Source of the DNA: Selaginella moellendorffii
Taxonomy: Eukaryota > Plantae > Lycopodiophyta
Assembly (NCBI RefSeq): GCF_000143415.4
Contig: NW_003314323.1
Location: 62,001 to 126,000 of the forward strand
DNA: 64,000 bases
Direction: 5' to 3'
Part shown: positions 46,822 through 59,247 of the stretch, one piece after another
Numbering within the stretch: the first letter of the stretch is position 1
How the letters are laid out: each line of letters opens with the position of its first letter
Made by a program: the position numbers and the translations under genes
The notes under the pieces: model-generated
The model's database searches: none
What the model saw: only the letters and a program-made list of their open reading frames with translations
Told to the model about the DNA's origin: nothing

Positions 46822-47928
46822 CTAGCAGCAGCCACCCTTCTGGTTGAGAGGTTGCCCCTTGTTGAGACTGACGTTGTTGGGCTTGTTGCTGTTCATCGCC
46901 GGTTGGCTCGCCATCCTGGAAACAATCACGAATTCTTCCGCTTAGATCGTGATCCCTTTGATCTTTTCTACATACCTGTTCTTGATCTCCGCAGCCATGG
47001 TCATGAATGCCTGCTCTACGTTGGTCGCATTCTTGGCACTGGTTTCTAGGAACGGGATTCCTATCTCGTCTGCGAAAGCCTGGAAGTAGAAGCCTTTTAA
47101 GATCTTGTCTTGCAAAAGGAAGAATAGAAAGGCACAAGAAAAGTAAACAACTTGCCTTGGCAGTCTGGGTGTCGACGACCTTCTTGGCCGTGAGATCGGC
47201 CTTGTTACCGACGAGGAGCTTGTTCACATTCTCGCTCGCGTAGCGATCGATCTCGTTCAGCCACTGCTTGACGTTGTTAAAGCTTTCCTGGTCAGTCACG
47301 TCGTACACGACCTGCGCGAACGAGCAAACGTGTCAGGGAATTACCATCGTGTGGAAAAACTATAGGCCAGCTTACGATAATCCCGTGAGCGCCACGATAG
47401 TAACTGCTGGTGATGGTCCGGAAGCGCTCTTGCCCAGCGGTGTCCCACTGTTGTTCGCAATTGAAAAAGAAATAGTTAGAACTATACAAAACCTTTCCAA
47501 CTGTCTTACAATTTGGAGCTTGATGGTCTTTCCTTCCAGCTCCACTGTGCGAATTTTCTGTAACAAGGAAGCCAAGCCGTCAGCGAGAGGACTGACACGG
47601 CTAGCGAATGCGTGATACTTACAAAATCCACCCCGATAGTGCTGATGTAGCTCTCAAGGTAAGAATCGTCCTACAAACAAGCAAAAGAAAAAGAAAATTC
47701 ATCAATTCATCTCAATCACAGCATGCAAAATGTAGAGCCGCTTACCGCGAATCGCAGCAACAGGCACGATTTTCCCACGCCGGAGTCGCCAATTAGCAAG
47801 AGTTTGAAGAGGTAGTCACTGCAAAGGCCAGGCGCCAGGGAGGAGAGAGGTCAATGACTGCCGAATCTAAACCCTAAAAAACAGCTGCGCCGGGGATGGA
47901 AAGAGGGCGCTTACTACTCGGGATTCAT
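46822..47928 (-). CDS. RABD: Rab1/RabD small GTPase
   Basis: [66 protein letters not shown]-terminal GGCC. One GC-AG intron at 47080-47155. Confidence 0.96.
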
Positions 47929-48474
47929 AGCTGCCGCTGCCGCCTTCTTCTCAGCTCCAAGCTCCCCAAAATCCCCGAAATCCCTGCAAAAGACCTGTGG
48001 ATCTCGCGGCGCCCTGGCTGGAGCAGTCCCTTAGGTCGTGGATCGAAAGCGCCGCAGCTAGATCTGACCCAGCTCGCGATGGCGCGCGCACACCGCTTTC
48101 CCTTCTTTCCTGGCGGATTCGGAACAACAGGGCAACTTGTGAGGCCTGTTAAATATACATCGCAAACCCCAACTAATCCAGGCCGTCCAGGCCCCGCCAT
48201 CCAACGGCATGCACTAGCACACGCGGGCAAAGGGCATATGCGGTAAGACGTCGCAAACGACCGTAATGTAAGTATCGCTGCCGCTAATCCGAGGCCATCC
48301 AACCGCCCCAAGCAGCGAGCGTGGGCTTTGCACCACCGTCGGATCTCATCTTCCTACATTTATGGTGTTTCTGGTTTTGGTATTACAACAAAAGAGTTCT
48401 TCTGGCGAGCCTCGGCCATTTAAAAAAAAATTGAGGAGAATGTTAGTCACGGCTTAAACAATCACACGTACTTT

Positions 48475-50402
48475 TCATGGAGTGAATTGCTCTAAATCCA
48501 TCGATGGTAGCACGGAAGCATGCTGCTGGACGCTTCTTATCTCTCGGAGTAGAGCTTTGGCCTCCTCTTTAGCCTGTGGAGAACGAGAACTTCCTCTTAG
48601 AACCAACACGAAGAAGTATCAAAGAGAGAACTTACCGGGCCGCCATAGTCGAGGAGTCTCATACAGTACATCTCACTGTCGTCTAGAAATCCCTGGTTCT
48701 TGGAGTGCGTCGCCAGGAAGAGCAACGCATCCACCACGTCCTGTCCTTCACTTTGATCCGCCTCGAGCCTCTCGAGATTTTTCTTGTAGTAGTAAGAGGC
48801 CTGGTCCGCCTGTCCAAGCTGGCTGTGTAGCTTCGCAAGCTTGTTGAGCGCTATGCCTTCACGATCGTTGTTGTTCACGGCCCGGCGGTAGCACCGGATA
48901 GCGGCATCAAACATCTGGAGCTGCTCGTTCTCGTAGCACTGTCCCATGGCACACCACATCCGAGCGTCGTGAGGACGGAGCTGCGCGGCACGCCGGTAGT
49001 AGTAGAGCGCGTAGAACGGCATGATGAGAAGCTCGTAAGTTTGTCCCAGGCCATACCACGCGCGGTAGTCTCTGGGATTGATATCCACAGCTCTGCGGTA
49101 CGCGTCGATGGCTGCCGGAGTGTTCTTCATTTCCACGTACTCGTGACCCATGAGAGTCCACGCTGATAAGTACTTCCGGTTGAGCTTGAGAGCTCTCTTG
49201 AAGTAGAGCACCGCCTTCTCGTGCTGGGCTTTCAAGCTGTAGTAGTTCCCGATGATGCAGCACGTTTCGGGCCGATACTTGTCCGTTAGCACCGCCTTGT
49301 GAGCAAGATGGCTCAGAGCTGCGAAGCACTCTTTGACGTAGAGAATGTTGGAGTACATGTCCATGCCTTCGATGCGATACGGGTCCGTCCGGAGGAGCTC
49401 CTCGAACAGCCCCTCGGCTTCGTCAAACTCTCGGAGGTTGTAGTGTGCTGTGGCTGTCTGCGCGAGAACGTAGTCACTGACTGGAAACATCGCGTGGAGC
49501 GAGCGGTAGCACGCCAGGCCTTCGGAGTTCTTCTGGAGATCCAAGTAGACGCTGGCTATGAAGAAGTCACGCATCCAATGGTCCTCGAGTCGCAACGTTG
49601 GTAGGATCTCTGGGTCTGTGCATAGAGCTTGGAGCTCCAGCCATGCGCTCCAGTTCCAAGGATATGTGTTGACGGATGCACAGAGAACGGCCCTAGCCTC
49701 CGACTTTCGGTCCCTTTCATGGAGGACCACCCCGTAGAGATAGTTTCCAAACGCATCAAGAGTTCCTTTTTCACTGTGTGATGTCAGCTCCTGTTCTAAT
49801 CCGGCTAGCTCGGGATTTACAGCATCACTCCTTCCCAAAGGACCACCCAGCTCGATAATCTCCTCTTCTTTCCTTTTCTCCCCGGCCTGAAATCGAAGAA
49901 GCAAAGATGAAAGCGATTAAGTTTCGTAGACCAAAAGAGAAGAAAGTCTAGTCACACTAGAGTTTTTCTACTAGAACGAAAAAATGGAGCTAGCTTACCA
50001 GGTAAGTCGCGTAACATCTTAGAAAAAAAGATTTCTTGCCAGTAGCACCCCTCAAAGCGTGTGCTGCTCTTCGATACTCCCGCATATCAAAGAATGCCTT
50101 TGCGAGTAGAAACACGTCTCCATCGCCGCCGTCCTCCTCGTCGGGCACTGGCGCTGGACCTACATTCTCACGATCCTCCGGAAGCCCGACCAGTTGCTCG
50201 GCAGCCCTATTCACGCCCGCTAAACAGAGCTAGTTCAATAGCGAAGAATACAGCAGCGAGCGCTCAAAGAAAACGCGATCGCAAAAACATCGAGAATCGA
50301 GAGTTAGAACACGCACCATTTCGCGGCTGTGTAGAGTCCTCTGTCGCGGAGCTCGCGAATCGCCCGGCGGAGCTGGAGCCTGTGAGACGCGCCTGCCGCC
50401 AT
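48475..50402 (-). CDS. APC8: Anaphase-promoting complex subunit 8 (CDC23)
   Basis: RELRDRGLYTAAKWAAEQL, LAKAFFDMREYRRAAH, YLAGEKRKEEE, TPRs DKYRPETCCIIGNYYSLK, AWTLMGHEYVEMKN, DYRAWYGLGQTYE. Confidence 0.96.
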
Positions 50403-50465
50403 AGCGCAGCAGCAGCACTTCTCAGAACTAGGGCATCGTCTAAACCCTGAGAATGTTTTAGCCAA

Positions 50466-50500
50466 TCCAACGGCTCACAACTGGTAGCTATCCAACGGCT
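50466..50500. promoter_or_regulatory. Two MSA-like elements (TCCAACGGCT x2) in the APC8/ARM bidirectional promoter
   Basis: Identical 10-mers at 50466-50475 and 50491-50500 match the MSA core YCYAACGGYY bound by MYB3R factors. Confidence 0.5.
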
Positions 50501-50611
50501 GCGATCTTGCACACCGGGAAATTTTGAATAGATCGACGGTTGAGTTTGCTCTAGGTTCCAATATAGAAAAATTTCCTCGCTTTAGGGTTTTTGCGCGGAG
50601 GGGGGAGGGCC

Positions 50612-51532
50612 ATGGCTGCTGTGAGATCGATTTGTCGGCTTGGAGCTGCGATCCAGGTAGAGATTTACCCAGCTCTAGTGAAGCGCCTAAATTTCTGGGA
50701 CAGGGCTGGCATAGAAATCTCATAGCAAAAATTCCAGTTCCCAAGCTTGGTAAGCGTCCTACATTTTTTCTTCTCTTGGAGTAATCGAGGAGATTTTCTC
50801 TTTTCCAACAGCGTCGGAGTTTAAGCCTCCTCCTGTGAACGAATCTGGAGAAACAAACGCCAGGCCTGGATGGCTTCGTGTTACTGTGACCGCGGCTTTT
50901 CTTGGATACATGAGCATGAACGCTATTCCAATAATTGGTATGTGAAAAAAAAACTTGCTTTGTTCTTCCATAGCTTCTTAACGAACGGGAACTTTGTTTT
51001 TCTAGCCGAGGGTACTGTGAAACATCCGGTGCTCTTGCTCAAAGTGAAAGATCCCTTCTTCCAGCGAAGTGGTGCTTCCAGATTGATTTATCTCACTCTT
51101 ACCGGTAAGTTCTCGCTTGTAAATCAAGCTCTTGATATTCATGCGTGTTTGCTTCTTTTTTAGATGGAAGGAAGCAGGCAGCAGTGAAATACGGAGCCAT
51201 CGGATTGCTCCTGGAAATGCTTGAGTCGGCCACCGATGACAAAACACGCATCGCTGCTCTCAAAGCAATGAACGCCCTTGCTCAATGCGGTACTTTTTAC
51301 ACTTTTCCTTGTTCTCTCTCTCAAATCCCCTACTTGTTCTTGGACAGATTTGGCGATCAAGGTGCTTCACAGGCGAGAAGGAGGTGCTGCTCTCGAAAAG
51401 ATGGCCGAGTCTACTGCCAACCTCGAAATCCTGTCGCTTATTACTTCCATTCAAGACAAGATGAGGAGGCCGCTTGTGCTGGACGAAGAGGACGACCTTT
51501 TAGTGGCTACTCCGGCACTGGCTATGTCGTAA
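50612..51532 (+). CDS. Small ARM-repeat-like protein with organellar targeting-like N-terminus, multi-exon
   Basis: MAAVRSICRLGAAIQ.. exons with LLLKVKDPFFQRSGASRL, AAVKYGAIGLLLEMLESATDDKTRIAALKAMNALAQ, DLAIKVLHR. Confidence 0.65.
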
Positions 51533-51998
51533 GCAGCAACAGCGATGCACGAGTCGAGAGCTCGGTGCAAATAAAACCCGGGCTTGTGAAGAACAAAGAA
51601 AACTTGATATGAACTTCGTGTTTTGTGAATGTAAAAAACCATTTTGTGGACAGGATCATCTCTCGCTCAAGTCGAGCTTTGCTCTTGAGTGAGCGATTGA
51701 AGAAAAGAATAGAAAGAAGCTAGCTAGACTTTAGCTCGAGCTACGATCTCACAGAACTTTGGAGCTTGCATTTGATCTCGGCGAAGAGAGAGACGAGAGA
51801 AAAAATCACGTCGCCAACGATTGCAGCCTTGATCTGGCCCCTCCTTCGCAGCTTTCTTCTTTGCAACCTCTTCGGATCATGATCCGGCGAGCAAATCGAA
51901 ACCAATCCTTGAATCAAAACCTCCATTTTTTCTCTTTTGCGTTCTTCCTCTCCCGGCGAGAAGAGTACCACTTATATTGACGAGACCAAAACAAAAGA

Positions 51999-52890
51999 CA
52001 AACGAAGAATCAAAGCGATACAGCTGTGAGTTGGCTGTGGTTTCATACGCGATTGGAATGTTTAATCGTGTTAGCGATGTCAAAATCGACATCAGCCAGG
52101 ATGGTAGCGTGAAAAACAAGGCCTTGACACTTTTTTTTGCTCAAATGTGTCGACTGAATCGCGAGTCCACCAAGCACGGTCGGGCCAGCTCTCGATTTCG
52201 TGACCCCAACAACCGATCAAACTTTAAACTTTGTCGTACGGAAGTTCCCGAACTTTGCCGAAGAAACTCTTTTCACAACTTTTCAAAGTTTCAGCCATGA
52301 GCACGTAGCTGGCGCTGTTTCGCTTGTCCATTTCTCTGATGGCTTGGAAAGCGGCACTTCCCACTTGCAAATTCCCCACTTTCGACTGGCATCCAGCAGC
52401 GTCGACCAGATCTCTCACGCCACGGTATTGTTTTTGCCGAGAGAAAGCCATCCTCCAGCCGGTTTGCTCGTACGAGCATGTCAATCACGCAGTTGTAATG
52501 CTCCATTGCTGGTTTTAGTGGATGCTCTGGAGAACTCACGTTTTTCCTCAGAAAAAACAGATCCTTCCCTCGATCGACGATCCAGGCGTGGCTATAAGCG
52601 GCTAGAACCGAGAGAAGAGTGACGCTGTCCGGTTTGACACGCTCCTTTCTCATTGTTCCAAGGAAATCGAACATGCTTCGAGCATCGCCATTGTGGCTAT
52701 AACCCGAGGTGAACGAGCTCCGTCACTGGATCGCTTTTGTCGCTGGAAAGTCTAAAAAACCTGTTATGCGTTGACATCTGCCGTCAAAGTCGATTGCAGG
52801 GAAAACCACGGCACTGTCTTCTCCCAGCTCGGCCTTGCAAGTTTCCGAGTTTCCGATGTTCACAGCCGCCATCTTTGCGCAAGCTTTGTT
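51999..52890 (-). pseudogene. Degenerate partial duplicate of the 3' end and flank of the PPR gene at 55420-57888
   Basis: 52136-52890 aligns directly with about 55285-56065, with indels and frameshifts (KPAMEHYNCVIDMLVRANRL). 51999-52124 is the reverse complement of about 55170-55289. Confidence 0.9.
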
Positions 52891-52979
52891 CACAAATCCA
52901 GAACTGGACTTTGAAGAAGCTCATGAGCAAGGGATTCCGTAAAATTCAGAACTTACCCTTAAACGGCATACAACTCTAT

Positions 52980-54470
52980 TGACAAAAATCAAAGTAATTC
53001 GTATTAAAGATCATGAAAGAAATTATTGTGTCAAAATAAATTATCTCCTTATTTTTATTCAATAAATAAAATAAATGATAAAGATTGTATTAAGCAAGTT
53101 ATGATGATTGTACCATCACAAGAAAAAATTAAAAACTAATTTCACAAAAGTTACAATTACAATCTATCTTCAATCACAATAAATTAATATTATATATTTT
53201 CCAAATGCTATAAAAATTATTTAAAAATGAGATGATAAAGATATTTTAATCCAAGTTTAGCCCCCTAAATTACTAAAGTGCCCAATGTTGCTGGAAAAAA
53301 TGCCTAAGGTGGCTATAAAAATGTTTAGACGAACTCACAAGTACTTGGTGATAACACTGGTGATGATGCTAGTGATAAAAATGGCGATGGCAAAGAGTGT
53401 AATTACTAAAATAAATACAAAAAGGTTGTTAAAGGAAGAATAAGAAAAAAAAAATTGAAGCAATCAAATGAAAAAAACTTACCTTTTGTGACATTATTAT
53501 TTCATTTTTCACTTGCATATTAGATCTCTCATACTTTTGATTTTGCATTCTTTCATACTTGATGTTTTGCATTTTTGCACATTTATTTTTGACAATAAGT
53601 ATTTTTAAAGTCAAAATAAATTCCAAATTTAGTTTTTTAACTTCATTTTTTAATGTTATAGTATAATATAAACAATAAGTGTATTAAATAACTAATTTAA
53701 TTATAGTTATTGCATTATTTAATTATGTTTATCTCCATGATTTACACATTAAAATTAAAAAAATTTATTATACAGTTAGATGTTATTAACTTTAAAACGT
53801 TAAACTTAAAGTATTATCTTTTTTTCAATTGAGGAATCTTTTTGATGAGCTTTATTAGCTCCTCTCTCAACTTTTCAAAAATTAAACTAAAAATTTAGTT
53901 AAACATTATTTTGTCCAAAAATTTTAAACTCTAATTTTTATAAATTTCAACCAAAAATTTAGTTATAATAAAAATGAAAGTTTGGAAGTGTAAATTTATG
54001 GAATTCCACTTTATAAAAGTCTATGTGATAGGTAATTTAATAATATTAATTTAAATTATTTTTTATGTAATAAACTTACATAAATTATTGAGTGTGGTTT
54101 TTACCTTCACCTTTTTTATTTGTTATATTTTAAAAACATGGAGAATAAAATATAATATTAATTCATCAAAGAACTTTGGCTAAACACAAATTTTATATGG
54201 ATCTTAAAAAAATGAAAGTGGTGACATTTAGATAAAAGTAGCAGAATGGTAATATTTGGACAAAAATTGGCTTATCTTTTAACTTTATTAAATTGTTAAA
54301 TAATTATGTAATTCCTTAAAAAATTACCTTTAAAAAAATTATAAACATTTAACGAGCTAACTTAAAATATATTCTAAATTCAAATTTCTTTTAATAAAAA
54401 TGATATATTTAATATCAAATTTCCTCAACAATCTTGTGCAACAAAAAAAATAAATAATTGGCCACTAAAA
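52980..54470. other. Extremely AT-rich island
   Basis: Abrupt very high A+T segment with no credible ORF, separating the PPR pseudogene from its parent. Confidence 0.7.
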
Positions 54471-55419
54471 TAAGTCTTGTTGTATTTTATATCCTTTTTT
54501 GGCAAACCTAGGGCAAACAACAAAAAGCTTAGAAGAGCTGAGAAGTTGAACACTTGTGATCTCCAATAATCTCCAAGCTCTCTGGTAAGCTATTGACAAT
54601 TTGCAGAAGCAGTCTTCTGCCACTCTTCTGCTCGGATGAACATAAAGCCTCAAAAGCCAACTTACATTTCTTACACTTTTTGATGCTTTCTTGAGAGCTC
54701 GTCACAACAAGCTCACCATAGTGGCTGCTAGAAAAAGCATTCAGCTTGAGTTCGGCCTTCTCTCCCCACACATGCGATTGCTCTAGCCGCAGCGACGGGG
54801 TACAATCGTCATCTCCTCGCCAGAGCCCACGATTACTTACTGGAGACCTCGGCCCAGGACATCCGTTATACCACATTCAATCAGCTAGAGTTACTGAAAC
54901 ATCCGGCGCAGACGGATATGTTCTTGCTCAACGCAAACGGCATGGCTACTCGTTCTACGACTTGGCTGGCCCTACAAGAACCTAGAAAATTGAGTCTAAA
55001 GTATTCGACATATAAACGAAAAGCTCATTTGGAATGGAATCAAGAATGCAAGAACACCGCAATATGAACGTGAGGTTCTTAGCTTAATATAGAGCGGAGA
55101 AAAGATCTGACAGAAATCCTTGAACAAAATTTTTATTCCTTGCGTTCTTCCTTTTCCGGACTGTCGCCCGAGGCCATTTTTTTCCACGCTATCATCCTGG
55201 CTGGTATCGATTGACATTGCTAACACGATTAAAACGTTCCAAATTCGCAGAGCCAACTCACAGCTGTATTGCTTTGATTCTTCGTTTGCTCAAATGTGTC
55301 GACTAAATTCGCGAGACCACCAAGCACGGTCGGGTCAGCATTCGATTTCGTGGCCCAACAACCGATCAAACTTTAAACTTTGTCGGACGGAAGTTCCCGG
55401 ACTTCGCGGAAGAAACTCT

Positions 55420-57888
55420 TTAGCAACTTATCAAAGTTTCGGCCATTAGCACGTAGCTGGCGCTGTTCCGCTCGTCCATTCCCTTGATGGCTTGAAACGC
55501 GGCTCTTCCCACTCGCAAATTCCCCCACTTTCGACTGGCATCCAGCAGCGTCGTCCAGATCTCCACACTTGGCTTCCACGGCATTGTTTTTGCCAAGAGA
55601 AAGGCATCGTCTAGCCGGTTTGCTCGTCCGAGCATGTCAATCACGCAGTTGTAGTGCTCCATCGCTGGTTTTAATCCATACTCCGGAGAACTCATCGAGA
55701 AAAACAGCTCCTTTCCTCGATCGACGATCCCGGCGTGGCTACACGCGGCTAGAACCGAGAGAAAAGTGATGCTGTCCGGCTTGACACGCTCCTTTCTCAT
55801 TGTTTCAAAGAGATCAAACACTCTTGGAGCGTCGCCATTGTGGCTATAACCCGAGATGAGCGAGCTCCAAATCACTGGATCACTTTTGTTGCTGGGAATT
55901 TTCGTCACGCAATCAAACACCTGTTTTGCGGCGACCATGCTGCCGCATTTGCCGTAGAAGTCGATCGCAGCGCAAGCCACGGCACTATCTTCTCCCAGCT
56001 CGGCCTTGCAAGCTTGCAAGTAGAGTTTTCTTCCGGCGTCCACGGCCGCCATCTTTGCGCAAGCTTTGATCGCAGCAGCGTAAGTCGAAGCATTTGGAGA
56101 GTGGCCTTCGCGTTTCATGCTCGAGAGAAACGCGAGCGCCATATCTGGAGCTTGGCTCTGAGCATAGCCGGAGATCACTGCCGTGAAAGAGACCACGTCG
56201 TGAGAGGCCATCTGATCGAAAACCCGGTTTGTTCTCTCCAGGTTGCTTCCACCGCACTTGGAGTAGAGATCGAGCAGCGAACTGGTAACGAAAACGTCCT
56301 CTAGATCGTTCGTCCTCGCAGCTTGAGCGTGGAGTTCCATTGTTCTCCCTAGAAGCCACGAAAGTTTGGAAACTTTTCCACTGGATTCTTGTCTTTCTGC
56401 TGCTAAGCTCGAGCAGGCAGCGAGAGCAGCGACGAAAGCTCGAGCATTCGGTCTCAAACCGGCACATTGCATGCGCGAGAACAGCTCGAGAGCGATCTCT
56501 CCTTCGCCACCCTGTGCATATCCAAGAACCAGGCTCGTCCACAAGACGACGTCTCGTTTTGCCAGTGGAATCCTGTCAAAAACCCTTCGAGCCTCGATCA
56601 TGCTCCCACACTTGGAGTAGAAATCCACCAGGCTGCTGCTAACATATCTGTCCAGCTCCAGTCCGAGTTCTACGATCTGCGAGTGAATCAATCGTCCCTT
56701 CTCCAGAAGTTCTCGATGATCATCGTCGTCAACTTCCGGCCTGATTGATCTTCTCGTTGCAAGACTCGTGCAAGCAGCGATCGCGGCAACAAAGGTCCGA
56801 GCATTCGGTCGAATCCCACCTTCACTTTTCATCCTGCAGAAGAACTCTAGAGCTAGCTTTGCGTCGCCAGCCCGAGAGTAACCAAAGATCATAGCAGTCC
56901 ACAACGCAACATCAGCCTTTTGTGCTCCAACTCTCTGGAACACCCGACGAGCTTCTTCCATGCTTCCACACTTTGCGTACATGTCGACCAAACTGCTCGC
57001 CAAGAACATATCCTCCAAGTCGAGCCTCTTCTTCGCAGCGCGAGCGTGAATCCTCTTCCCGATCTCTAGAAACTCTTCTCTCGATCCAACAATTCCAGCC
57101 TTCTCAGCACCACTGGCGCAGGCGTTCAAGGCCGCTACGAAAGTCCGGCCATCCGGCTCGATCCCAGTTGTTTCCATCCGAGAGAAGAGGCCGAGAGCTC
57201 GATCGCCATCGCCACCTTGAACGTAGCTTCTGATCATAGCGTTCCAAGCCACCAAGTCTGGAGCGACCATCTTCTCAAACACCGAGCGAGCGCTTTGCAA
57301 GCTTCCACACGCCGAGTACATATGGACGAGTGCGCTGGCCACGAAATCGTTCGATGCTTCGTCACTGTCCAAGCGAGAATGGATCTCCATGCCGATCTCA
57401 AGCTGCTTGAGATTGCTGCAAGCCTTGAGCGCTGCGAGGATCAAAGAAATGCCTGGAGCTGATCCTTGTTCTCGCATTCTAGAGTAGAGTTTGAGCGTTT
57501 CTTGGTCTGATGGAAGAACGTTGGAGCGATCTTTGGTGCCGAGAGACTCGAGCTTGATTGGCACCCAGCTCGGGCAGCCGCAGGAATCAATCCACAGGCC
57601 TTCCCACGTGAAGACGTGGACGAAATCTGGATCCTTGGGAGATTTCTACACGGAAAAAGAGTCCTCTAGCGTGGTTCCTTCGAATTATCAGGCTATGGCG
57701 TGTTAGCTTACCTTGGATGATCGATTGTCCGACCACTTTGCTGGATCGTCGAACAGCTGCTGCCATTTGCGCTCTTCCGATCTGGCTGTGTGCTGCTCTC
57801 TCGAATTCCCAGGACCATTGTTCCTCCTCTTCTTCTTTGTGAAAGAAATCGCTCCGAAAGAAGGGAGCGAGGATGTAATGCCCTCCAT
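55420..57888 (-). CDS. PLS-class PPR protein (truncated E) with an N-terminal OSB-type PDF motif
   Basis: Exon 1 57888-57712 (59 codons), intron 57711-57646 (GTAAGC..GTAG), exon 2 in frame with the 714-aa PPR ORF. Junction reads WQQLFDDPAKWSDNRSSK|KSPKDPDFVHVFTWEGLWIDSCGCPSWVPIKL. Confidence 0.85.
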
Positions 57889-57922
57889 TTCGTAAGAACC
57901 CTAATTTCTAGGATCTGTCTAA

Positions 57923-57994
57923 GCATCAGTAGTCCAACGGTTAGGATAATTGCCTTCCAAGCAATAGACCCGGGTTCGACTCCCGGCTGATGCA
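57923..57994 (+). tRNA. trnG-TCC: tRNA-Gly(TCC)
   Basis: Acceptor GCATCAG/CTGATGC, D arm GTCCAACGGTTAGGAT, anticodon arm ATTGC-CTTCCAA-GCAAT, T arm CCGGG-TTCGACT-CCCGG, TTTT downstream. Confidence 0.95.
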
Positions 57995-58642
57995 ACTTTT
58001 AAATATCTCCTCCCGCGGTTTAGGTTAGGGCTGCCATGGATGAGCATCGCGTGTGGGTTGCCTATGGCGGCTTCTCTTGTCTTCTACTGCGAGGCAGGCG
58101 GTGGGCTCATCGCTCGTCGGCAAGTGCCAGATCCAGTTGTGGGAGCGAGCTCGCCACTTTGGCCTCTGGCCGTGGACCGCTTGGATCGACGGCGCTGGTC
58201 GGTATGGCGAGCTCGCTGTCGATCAAGTCCAGCGCTTGTCTGGGAGGACGGGCAGGAGAGACCAGCCATTCCAGATTTGCGGGTACTATGCTCCATTCTC
58301 GAGGTCCTTTTGCTCGTGGCCACCACCAGGCTCCATCCTCGATCTCGAGATCGTGGAACCGCTATACATATCCCTCTCTGTGGCGACTTACAGCACTGTG
58401 GTCGCTAGCACTGGCGAGTATGCTGTCCTCAAGCTGGACTACGACCCAAACCGGAGTGCGTGCATGAAGCTCGGGCTCGAGTGGGACACGCTCTCGGAGT
58501 TACGCGACACAGGTATCATTCTTTCAGCGCAGCGGGCGTGCTCAGCCAGACGACCTCATTGGTTTCTACCACCTGAAAAGCCGAAGGGTTAGTTCTTCTC
58601 TTGCACGTCAATTAGCTGACAACGCTGTATCGTTTCTGCCAG

Positions 58643-59247
58643 GTCATGAGCCAACTAGAGCTGGAGGATGAGGTCCAGACAGATCTGAAGCGAGGCACCG
58701 GAGAGTTCACCAAAGACGGCAACGACACCAAGAAGCGCAACCGGGTGCTTCAGCTCACAGGCTTCAGTGATCTCGTGTATTCTTGACGGTGCACCAGTAC
58801 GACATTGAGCTGGACGTGACGGTGACCAACCGGACCAAGGAGACGCTCCAGAACCTGTGCCTGAAGCGACCATGGGCGACCTGAAGCTGGTTGAGCGGCC
58901 ACAAAACTACACGCTTGTCCCTGATGCATGCAAGCAAGCATATCAGCGCAAAGGTCAAGGTTTGATCCATTCGAACTCGGCCCAACGTCGGAGGCGGGCG
59001 AGATGTAGTCCATGATGTCAATGCGGATGTCAACGTTGCGGTCCAGTGCGCTGCTTAGACTCGTATACGATGTTCCCGAATATCACTCCAGAACAAGGTA
59101 CGTGAGTTCTTTTCTTTTCATTTCTTTTCTCGATCGGTGGAAGCATCTGCTTGTGTTGCTGGTTTCTATCAGCTCGACCATGAAGGACGTGAAGCAGTTC
59201 CTGGATCACAACGTTACGTCCACAAACATGAAGTGCTTGACTCCACG
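58643..59247 (+). pseudogene. COPB: Coatomer beta subunit (beta-COP) appendage-domain fragment, frameshifted
   Basis: GMSQLELEDEVQTDLKR..NRVLQLTGFSD, TVHQYDI.LDVTV.NRTKETLQNLCL, MGDLKLVERPQNYTL, FLDH...TNMKCLT spread over different frames, with a stop. Confidence 0.85.

Noticed and set aside
54780-54993. Coding-like GC-balanced stretch (LARAHDYLLETSAQDIRY..)
   Set aside because: No start, family or splice structure could be assigned; possibly a gene relic but unsupported.
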